Positions 55,157 to 62,571 of a stretch of DNA of 64,000 bases are shown piece by piece. The stretch covers positions 838 through 64,837 of the forward strand of contig JASHOS010000198.1 in the NCBI GenBank assembly GCA_030040995.1. The letters run 5' to 3'. Both the position numbers and the translations under genes were made by a program. The DNA comes from Terriglobia bacterium (GTDB taxonomy: Bacteria; Acidobacteriota; Terriglobia; UBA7540). Below the pieces are notes generated by a model. That model saw only the letters and a program-made list of their open reading frames with translations. It was not told where the DNA came from and searched no databases. Each line of letters opens with the position of its first letter. Position 1 is the first letter of the stretch.

Positions 55157-57850
55157 GTATCTCAGTACCACCATCGGGTCGACCTTCGTCGCGCGGCGCG
55201 CCGGAATATAGCAGGCCGCCAGCGCCACCACCGTCAGTAGAATTGCGACGCTAGCGAACGTCAGCGGGTCGGTTGCGCTAACGCCGAACAGCAGAGAATA
55301 CTTCGCCATTAAGCGGGTAAGCCCAAAGGCGGCAACCAAACCAATCACGACTCCCACGAATGCCATTTGCGCTCCCTGCCCGATTACCAGCAGCAAGATA
55401 TCGGCACGCTGTGCCCCAAGCGCGACGCGGACACCAATCTCGTGCGTGCGTTGGCCTGCCAAATATGAGATCACGCCGTAGATGCCGAGGCTCGCGAGCA
55501 CGAGCGCGAGCGCGGCAAACGCTCCCAGCAACATCATGGAGAACCGCCGCACGGCGAGTAAAGCTTCCATGATCTGATCCATGGTCCTAAAACCGTAGAC
55601 CACTTCTTCGGCGTTCATCTTGTGGATAACGCGACGAATCGAATTGGCAATAGTGAGATCCGCTCCCGTGAAACGCACGACGGCATCTGCGCCTGACGGC
55701 CCGCTAAATTGGCTGTCGGGCATCTGCCGGAAAGAGAGATACATCTCAGCCCGGAGCGGGTTCGTGCTATCTGAATCCAGTCCCCACTGGTTCGCGTGCC
55801 TGACGATGCCGACAATCTCCGCCTTGCCTGCCAATGGATTGCCCTCCAGATTGACACGCTTCCCGATAGGGTTCTGGTTGGGGAAGAACTTACGCGCAAA
55901 TTCATCGTCTACAACGATGACCGGCGGAGAGTGGTCACGATCTTGAGACGTGAAAAAGCGGCCGCGTTCAAGCGGGATGCCCATTGCTTTCAGGTAATGG
56001 GGTTCCACGATATAGCGCAGCGCCCAGTTCATATCGTTCTCGCTCGACGGCTTGGGTTGGCCTTCGAGCCAGAACAACTGCTCGTCATCGCTGTACATCG
56101 GGATCGCACCCCACGAGAGTGAGGCTGCCCGAACTCCTGGAGTCGATTCGAGCGTATCATCGAGAGCGCGAAAAGCAGCCCGGACTGCCGCCGGGCTCGC
56201 CGTATTCATCGAGGGCGGAAGCGAGACGTCGAACGTTAAAACGCTGTGTGGATCAAAGCCCGGGTTGACGCTCCAGAGCCGCGCCAGGCTCCGGACCATG
56301 AGTCCCGCGCCGATCAGCAGTACCACCGCCATCGCCATTTCGACCGCCACAAACACTCCATGCACCCGGTGCCGCGCTGCGCTGGTGCCGCGGCCGCCCT
56401 CCTTGAGCGTTTCGTGTAAATCGGGCTTCGAACTCTTCAAGGCCGGCGCGAGGCCGAAGAAAATCCCGGCGAACAGCGAAACCAGCGCGGTGAAGGTGAG
56501 GACTCGTGAATCGAGGCCGATCTCCTGGGCGCGTGGCAGGGCGGTGGGCAGCACTCCGAGTGCTGCGCGTGTACCCCATGACGCCGACAACAATCCCGAC
56601 CCGCCGCCAGCTATGGCGAGCAGCACGCTCTCCGTGAGAACCTGGCGAATCACCCGTGCCTGGCCTGCTCCCAGGGCCGCGCGAATGGCAAATTCTTGCG
56701 TCCGGCCCGTTGACCGCGCCAGCAACAGATTGGCGACGTTCACGCACGCAATCAGAAGGACAAAACCGACAGCGGCGAGAAGGACGAGTAGGTACGGCCG
56801 GATGTCACCCACCATCTCCTGCTTCAGCGGGACGATGGTGGCGCTGACTCCTTTGTTCGCATCCGGATAAGCTGCGGCGAGGTTCCGCGTGATCATGGCC
56901 ATATCAGCGCGAGCCTGCTCGACGGTGATCCCGGGCTTGAGCCGGCCAATTCCGTGAATCGCCAGGCCGGCACTCCGATCGGTCAGCAAGGAAGTGTCCC
57001 ATTGCATGATGGGCACATACACGTCCTTGACGATGAAGGCCTGAAGAAGCAGATCGAAGCTCGCGGGAATCACTCCCACAACGGTATAGCCCTTGCCGTC
57101 CAGCGCGATGCTCTTCCCCAGGACGTTCCGCGCAGAACCGAACTTGCGCTTCCAGAGGCGCTCGCTGATGAGCGCCACCGCCCCGGCGCCCTTCTGGTTT
57201 TCGTCTGGCGTAAATGTGCGTCCGATAACAGGCTTCACGCCGAGCAACGAAAAAAAGGTTGAAGAGATAAACTCGGCGCTCACCTGCTCGGCGTCGCCAA
57301 CGCCGGTGAGAGTGAAGGAGTCATGCCGAGCGACGGCCATGGAGGAAAAGGTGTGGTTTTCCTTTTGCCAATCAAGGAAATTCGGATACGAAATCGATCC
57401 CGTTTCAAAATTCGGCTTACTCTCGTGGAGCGTGACGAGCTGGTCAGGCTGCGGATAGGGTAGCGGATTAAGAAGCACACCATTCACCACGCTGAAAATG
57501 GCAGTGTTTGCGCCGATGCCGAGGGCGAGCGTGATGACAGCAACCGCCGTGAACCCGGGATTCCGGCGCAACTGGCGCAGGCCGTAGCGCAAGTCTTGGA
57601 TCGCGGTCTCGATGAATGACACGCCCCAGGCCTCCCGGCATTCTTCCTTAGCTTCCTCCTCGCTGCCGAATGCGAGGCGAGCTCGCCGCTGGGCTTCTTC
57701 ACGCGTCAGTCCCGATTCCACGTACTTCTCCACTTCCTGCTCGAAGTGAAACCGTAATTCATCATTCATCTCCGTTTCAACGGCGCCGCGCCGAAACAAG
57801 ACGCGAAGCCGGTAAATGAGATCGCTTAGCATGACAGATTGTCCTCGCAA
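55151..57850 (-). CDS. ADOP-family duplicated ABC transporter permease (MacB_PCD plus FtsX, twice)
   Basis: 899 aa. N-terminal conserved leader LSDLIYRLRVLFRR..., QDLRYGLRQLRRNPGFT, and two 4-TM FtsX modules. Confidence 0.9.
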   Translation of the reverse strand: MRGQSVMLSDLIYRLRVLFRRGAVETEMNDELRFHFEQEVEKYVESGLTREEAQRRARLAFGSEEEAKEECREAWGVSFIETAIQDLRYGLRQLRRNPGFTAVAVITLALGIGANTAIFSVVNGVLLNPLPYPQPDQLVTLHESKPNFETGSISYPNFLDWQKENHTFSSMAVARHDSFTLTGVGDAEQVSAEFISSTFFSLLGVKPVIGRTFTPDENQKGAGAVALISERLWKRKFGSARNVLGKSIALDGKGYTVVGVIPASFDLLLQAFIVKDVYVPIMQWDTSLLTDRSAGLAIHGIGRLKPGITVEQARADMAMITRNLAAAYPDANKGVSATIVPLKQEMVGDIRPYLLVLLAAVGFVLLIACVNVANLLLARSTGRTQEFAIRAALGAGQARVIRQVLTESVLLAIAGGGSGLLSASWGTRAALGVLPTALPRAQEIGLDSRVLTFTALVSLFAGIFFGLAPALKSSKPDLHETLKEGGRGTSAARHRVHGVFVAVEMAMAVVLLIGAGLMVRSLARLWSVNPGFDPHSVLTFDVSLPPSMNTASPAAVRAAFRALDDTLESTPGVRAASLSWGAIPMYSDDEQLFWLEGQPKPSSENDMNWALRYIVEPHYLKAMGIPLERGRFFTSQDRDHSPPVIVVDDEFARKFFPNQNPIGKRVNLEGNPLAGKAEIVGIVRHANQWGLDSDSTNPLRAEMYLSFRQMPDSQFSGPSGADAVVRFTGADLTIANSIRRVIHKMNAEEVVYGFRTMDQIMEALLAVRRFSMMLLGAFAALALVLASLGIYGVISYLAGQRTHEIGVRVALGAQRADILLLVIGQGAQMAFVGVVIGLVAAFGLTRLMAKYSLLFGVSATDPLTFASVAILLTVVALAACYIPARRATKVDPMVVLRYE

Positions 57851-57864
57851 AAAGTGGGTGGAGA

Positions 57865-57995
57865 TCGCGGCGCTCCCTCACCCACCGCGACGGGAAGCAC
57901 TGCTTCCCCGCGGTCCCTCCTCTCCCTCAAGCGGGAGAGGGCTGTTTCCCTTTTGAGTATCGTCCCTCGTCCCCCAAGGGGGCGAGGGACGATAC
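57865..57995. repeat. Composite GC-hairpin repeat, family C, filling the padR-permease intergenic space
   Basis: ccctcacccaccgcgacggg..., CCCTCTCCCTCAAGCGGGAGAGGG, CCCTCGTCCCCCAAGGGGGCGAGGG. Confidence 0.7.
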
Positions 57996-57998
57996 TCC

Positions 57999-58331
57999 TT
58001 ACGCCATATCCAACACCTGGCCCACGGCGACGGTCAGTTTTTCCCAACTACCGGTCTCCGCCTTCAGTTGTCTTTGCCCTGCCCGCGTCAACTCGTAATA
58101 TTTGGCGCGGCGATTATTCTCTGATGCTCCCCACCAGGCCTTAATCCAGCCGCGCCGCTCCAGACGATGGAGCGCCGGATAGAGCGAGCCCTGGCGCACC
58201 TGGAGGACACCGCTTGAGACTTGCTGGATGCGCTCCGAGATGGCCCAGCCGTGCTGCGGACCCAACGCGATCGTCTTGAGAATCAGCAAGTCAAGAGTGC
58301 CTTGCGGAAGATCAATACCGTTTGCCGCCAT
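57999..58331 (-). CDS. PadR-family transcriptional regulator
   Basis: Start at M49 of track ORF (58331). [29 protein letters not shown]...[16 protein letters not shown]. Confidence 0.9.
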   Translation of the reverse strand: MAANGIDLPQGTLDLLILKTIALGPQHGWAISERIQQVSSGVLQVRQGSLYPALHRLERRGWIKAWWGASENNRRAKYYELTRAGQRQLKAETGSWEKLTVAVGQVLDMA

Positions 58332-58441
58332 ACTTCCCTTTCCTTTCCACTTCGACAAAGAGTATATGCCTTTCTCTGTCGAAGTGCAAAGCGAAGCCGC
58401 GACAGGCGAAGCTGCGATCGGTAGCGGCGCAGTGTGGGCTT

Positions 58442-58489
58442 GTAGCGGCGAGTTTACCTCGTCAGATGGCGGCATAAAGCCGCCTCTAC
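58442..58489. repeat. REPIN-like doublet, family B
   Basis: GTAGCGGCGAGtttacCTCGTC...GGCGGCataaaGCCGCCTCTAC. Confidence 0.75.
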
Positions 58490-58517
58490 ATCAGACTGAC
58501 CCACTACGCTGCGATTC

Positions 58518-58600
58518 CCGTAGGGGTAGGGCTCGCCCTGCCTTCGTTGATTTTTGGGGCGGTAATCAAGGGGACGGCAAGCCGTTCCCCTTACATCATG
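58518..58600. repeat. REP-like element, family D copy 2
   Basis: GTAGGGGTAGGGCtcGCCCTGCC..., then AAGGGGACGGCaaGCCGTTCCCCTT. Confidence 0.6.
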
Positions 58601-58769
58601 TTCGGTTATCGAGGGATGCGATCAACTCCGCCTGCGGTCAACGCCTGCCGACGCCTTGTAAAAGGGTGGGAGATAGGTGTAGTATTTTCGAGGCACGGCG
58701 GGCGCAGGTTTGCGCCAATTTCCCAGGAAGGCGGGCAGGGGGCGTGCTTTCACTCTGCCGTGTTCCTTC

Positions 58770-58895
58770 CTATCTTGAAAATGCCGGCCGGGACCCCTCA
58801 CCCGGTCCCGCTTGGAGGGACCGCCCTCTCCCCCAAGGGGGCGAGGGCCGAGGTTCTTTTCATGCTTCGCGGGTGTTGCGACTCCGGGCGGTGCC
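58770..58895. repeat. Composite GC-hairpin repeat, family C
   Basis: cccctcacccggtcccg..., CCCTCTCCCCCAAGGGGGCGAGGG, ttcatgcttcgcgggtgttgcg. Confidence 0.7.
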
Positions 58896-58915
58896 CGCTC
58901 ATTTAAGGAGGGAAC

Positions 58916-59503
58916 ATGAGGAAGAAAATGCGCATCCACAACGCGAGAATTGCGCTTGGGGCGGCGCTAGGCGCGCTGCTCCTGCTGGGATTCGGAGCGC
59001 CCGCGCTTCGGGCTGTTCCGCCAAGAAAGAAGAAGGCGAAGAACGGCGCCGTCTCTCCGAACGATCCGACTGCCCGCCTCTTCGACCTCCTCAATAACTC
59101 CTTGGGAGGGAAGCTGAGCGCCTTGTACATTCTCGCTGACGTTTATACCGATCCCACCAATCCCGCGCAACAGTTTCAGCGCGTCCTGCGCGTCACCTAC
59201 GACAAGGACCTCTACTTCGGAAGGTTTTCTATTCACGCGCGCAGCGTCGCGAAGATGACCGCTCAACAGCTTGCCATCTATACTCCCGAACAAATTTTCA
59301 CTTTCGGCGGCCAGGATGGCGAGGTATTTGAGAGAACCAATCCGGGACCCTTCGGGTCTGAAACCGGAGACCTTTTCCTGAGATCTGCCGTGGGCCCGCT
59401 GAAGACCACTGACATTACCGACCAGATTACTCAGGAATACAACACGCTTCTTACCCAATACATTCTGCCAGCCGTCCAAAAGCAGACCGCGCAGAAGCAG
59501 TAG
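58916..59503 (+). CDS. Hypothetical secreted protein
   Basis: 195 aa. AAGGAGG 5 nt upstream of the ATG. Signal peptide ...LLLLGFGAPALRA. No family recognised. Confidence 0.65.
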   Translation: MRKKMRIHNARIALGAALGALLLLGFGAPALRAVPPRKKKAKNGAVSPNDPTARLFDLLNNSLGGKLSALYILADVYTDPTNPAQQFQRVLRVTYDKDLYFGRFSIHARSVAKMTAQQLAIYTPEQIFTFGGQDGEVFERTNPGPFGSETGDLFLRSAVGPLKTTDITDQITQEYNTLLTQYILPAVQKQTAQKQ

Positions 59504-59521
59504 TCGCCCACGACGCCGTGG

Positions 59522-60910
59522 TTAGTGTCTTCTGACGGCCAGCATTTTCCAGGCGGCGTAAAGAGGGATGCCGGCACCAATCAGCGCCAGGCACCACAAG
59601 ACGTCGGGCCGGCTGGAGAAATAGGCGCTGACAAGCAAACCCACCGCCAGCGCGATAAAAATTGCGGGAACGGCAGGATAACCCCAAGTCCGGTAGGGCC
59701 GCTCGAGACCCGGCTCGCGGCGGCGGAGGACAAAAATAGCCGCGGTTGTGAGCGCATAGAATATCCATTCCGAGTAGATTGCTTTGGTGTAAAGGGTCTC
59801 ATAGCGCCCGCTCAGGGCGAAAACGCCCGCGATGACAGCCTGGGCTGCAATCGCCACTGCGGGCGTATGGAAGCGCGAATTGACCTTCGCCAAACTCGCG
59901 GGAAAAAGCCCGTCCTTAGCACAGGCGTAAGGAATGCGCGAGCCGGAAAGAATGGACCCATTGAGGGTTGCAAAAGCCGACGCCAGCACGCCTACCGCTA
60001 CGAAGCTCCCTCCGATGCTTCCCATAAAATGCTTCGCGGCCAGCGCGGCGACCGTCCTCGTGGAAAGAATATCCGCTGGTTTCAACACGTAGAAGTAGGC
60101 GACATTGACGAGAAGGTAGACGGTCAACACCAGAAGCGAGCCCCCAATCAGGGCGGCGGGGACGTTCCGCCGCGGCCTTTCTACTTCGCCTGCAACCATA
60201 CTCAGATTATTCCAGCCGTCGTAAGCCCAAAGCCCTGCGATGGTTGCCAATCCGAATCCTGCGAAAGCAGAATGCCCGGCGGCTAGCGGAGTGAGCGACG
60301 CCCGGAAGTGCGTGAAAGAGCCGTGGCCGAGCGCCAGTCCCAGCACGATGAGGGCGCCCAGAACGGCGATCTTGGCGGCAGTAAAAACGGTCTGGATTGC
60401 GCCGCTGCGGCGTACCCCAAGCACGTTCAATGCGGAGAGAAAAACGATCATCAGGGCCGACCCAACCTGGATGCCCGTAACAGCAAGCGTCCAGTGGTGG
60501 CTGCCGAGCGTTAGCGACCACCGCCAGAAAGGAGCTGAGAGTTGCGGAAAGAAGAATGTGAGGTAGAGGAGGAACGCGGTGGCGATGGCGGCGATAGAAG
60601 TAGTTTTGGCAACAATAAATTGCGTCCAGGCGTAAAGAAAGCCTAAAGCGGGTCCGTAGGCGCGGTGCAGATAGACGTATTCGCCTCCGGCTTCTGGCAG
60701 CGCCGCCCCCAGCTCCGCATAGCCGAGCGCCCCGAACAGGCTGAGTACCCCTGCCACCGCCCATAACGCCAAAACCTTCTCTGGCGTTCCCACGTCCGCC
60801 AGCATCAGGCTGGGAACAACAAATATGGCGGTGCCAATCATGGTACCTGCCACCACTGAGATTGCTCCGTAAAGACCCAGGCTCCGGACTAGGTCAGTGC
60901 GCTCTGCCAT
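59522..60910 (-). CDS. APC-superfamily amino acid permease
   Basis: 462 aa with about 12 TM segments. N-terminal LGLYGAISVVAGTMIGTAIF pattern. Confidence 0.9.
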   Translation of the reverse strand: MAERTDLVRSLGLYGAISVVAGTMIGTAIFVVPSLMLADVGTPEKVLALWAVAGVLSLFGALGYAELGAALPEAGGEYVYLHRAYGPALGFLYAWTQFIVAKTTSIAAIATAFLLYLTFFFPQLSAPFWRWSLTLGSHHWTLAVTGIQVGSALMIVFLSALNVLGVRRSGAIQTVFTAAKIAVLGALIVLGLALGHGSFTHFRASLTPLAAGHSAFAGFGLATIAGLWAYDGWNNLSMVAGEVERPRRNVPAALIGGSLLVLTVYLLVNVAYFYVLKPADILSTRTVAALAAKHFMGSIGGSFVAVGVLASAFATLNGSILSGSRIPYACAKDGLFPASLAKVNSRFHTPAVAIAAQAVIAGVFALSGRYETLYTKAIYSEWIFYALTTAAIFVLRRREPGLERPYRTWGYPAVPAIFIALAVGLLVSAYFSSRPDVLWCLALIGAGIPLYAAWKMLAVRRH

Positions 60911-61114
60911 GGTCCCCTAAAGTTCGTTCAACTGTTGACTACAATTTCAGTAACATACAACTTAATTGAGCCAAATCAAAGTGGAAACAGCTTTCCACTT
61001 GCTCCGGGGAATTGCCACTTTCAAAGCTTTGAGCTCCGCCGAAGGGACTAGTTATAAAACAGTAACTTATTGAGTTTCATTGGGATGTGGCAGCTTCAAA
61101 GACCCGCCCGCTTT

Positions 61115-61129
61115 TGGAACATCGATTGC
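61115..61129 (+). promoter_or_regulatory. Candidate sigma-54 (-24/-12) promoter upstream of the PEP-CTERM gene
   Basis: TGGAACatcgaTTGC. GG-to-GC spacing is identical to the TGGCACG-N4-TTGC consensus. About 220 nt upstream of ATG 61352. Confidence 0.4.
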
Positions 61130-61351
61130 TCCATCAGATGGCGTCTTATCCTTAGGCGCACGATGCGGGAAGGGGGAAAATTCTCGCCTCGTTTGTTGGT
61201 TCCAAAAGGGGCCCTGCTGCGAAGTAAATGCCGAACCTGAGTTATTGATCGAAGGGGAAGCCAAGGGCCGTTTATTCCAAAAACCTTCGGCGTGTCGCGG
61301 GCGGCCGAGGGTCTTACCGCGCTAAATAAAAACTGGAGGAGGATTTAGCTC

Positions 61352-61984
61352 ATGACGAAAACTTTGAAGGCTTTGGCGCTCGTGGCTGCCTTGGCCTTTT
61401 TCACAAGCATCGGCACGAGTTTGGCAAAGGCCGATCAAATCACACTTGGAAACAGCAACCAATCCGCTACCATCACCTCGACGGGACATGGTTCCAACAG
61501 CACTGACGCAGTCAACCTCAACCTGGGGACGCTGAGCGGAATCGCTTATGACGGGACGACGGTCGGCACGTTTACCCTGGTGACGAACAGTGCGATGACC
61601 GCCGGCCCCGACAATCAGAATATCTACGACATCAGTGGGGGCACAGGCACGTTTACCTTCGTCAGCGGATCGACGGATATTTCGGGCGCGGTGACCTTTA
61701 CGAATCTTGTCGATGGTGTGCCGGACCCGGAATTCAACGGGACGTGGGATGTCGACGGTTCGGTTCAGAACTTTGACTTCACCTTGGCGGACCTTGTAAA
61801 TCAATACGGCGATAGTTGCACCGTCACGAGCATTGCGAACTCGGCCGCGGGCACTTCGTGCTCGAGTGTCATTTCATCGGGTGAGTTCGTGACTCCAGAG
61901 CCAGCTTCGCTGACCCTGTTTGGTTTGGGTCTGATCGGAATTGCTTTGATGTTCCGGCGCCGTCTCGTGGGCTCGGTTTCCTAA
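61352..61984 (+). CDS. PEP-CTERM sorting-domain secreted protein
   Basis: 210 aa. GGAGGAGG upstream, signal peptide, and C-terminal VTPEPASLTLFGLGLIGIALMFRRR. Confidence 0.85.
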   Translation: MTKTLKALALVAALAFFTSIGTSLAKADQITLGNSNQSATITSTGHGSNSTDAVNLNLGTLSGIAYDGTTVGTFTLVTNSAMTAGPDNQNIYDISGGTGTFTFVSGSTDISGAVTFTNLVDGVPDPEFNGTWDVDGSVQNFDFTLADLVNQYGDSCTVTSIANSAAGTSCSSVISSGEFVTPEPASLTLFGLGLIGIALMFRRRLVGSVS

Positions 61985-62023
61985 ATCGTCTCTGCGGCTG
62001 TGCATAGGATTCCGTTCGACTTT

Positions 62024-62097
62024 TAGGCTGCAGCGTTCTGTTGGGCAATTCAAAGAGGGGGGTTGCCCAATGCGAACCTGCAGCCTTTTTTCTTTTT
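62024..62097 (+). terminator. Rho-independent terminator of the PEP-CTERM gene
   Basis: AGGCTGCAG...TTGGGCAA...TTGCCCAA...CTGCAGCCT nested stem, followed by TTTTTTCTTTTTT. Confidence 0.7.
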
Positions 62098-62215
62098 TGG
62101 CTATTGGAATTTCAAGCGGTTTATTGCTAATATAATTCGGCTGGGCACGATGTGGTCTCTCACGTGCCTAATTAGACCATGGGGATTTTTAATTCAACGG
62201 AGGTTGCGACCAATT

Positions 62216-62407
62216 ATGAAGAAATTGCTTACTCTGCTTTTGACTCTGGGGCTGGCATTTACGCTAAGTGCTCCGGTGTTCGCGGCGGCAACTACGTCCA
62301 CCGCGCAAAATAGTAGCACCACGACGAGCAAGAAGAAAAAGAAGAAGAAGGCTAAGAAGGCCAAGAAGAGCAAGAAGAGCAACAGTAGCAGCGGCAGCGG
62401 AATGTAA
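62216..62407 (+). CDS. Small secreted Ser/Thr-rich, poly-lysine peptide (63-aa precursor)
   Basis: GGAGG 12 nt upstream of ATG 62216. MKKLLTLLLTLGLAFTLSAPVFA|AATTSTAQNSSTTTSKKKKKKKAKKAKKSKKSNSSSGSGM. TATAAT at 62131..62136. Its own terminator lies at 62452..62486. Confidence 0.6.
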   Translation: MKKLLTLLLTLGLAFTLSAPVFAAATTSTAQNSSTTTSKKKKKKKAKKAKKSKKSNSSSGSGM

Positions 62408-62451
62408 ATTCATTTCGCTGCTTACCCGCGCTGCATTTGAATTTGGGAGAC

Positions 62452-62486
62452 ACGGGAGCACTGTTGTGGTGCTCCCGTTTTTGTTT
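62452..62486 (+). terminator. Rho-independent terminator of the poly-lysine peptide gene
   Basis: ACGGGAGCAC, 7-nt loop, GTGCTCCCGT, then TTTTTGTTT. Confidence 0.7.
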
Positions 62487-62571
62487 GCGGATCGGAAATT
62501 GAGTCTTACATTCCCAAGGCGAGCTGGGGCGCGTGCTTGCGGCTCGACCACGCCGCACTATCTCCCATTTC

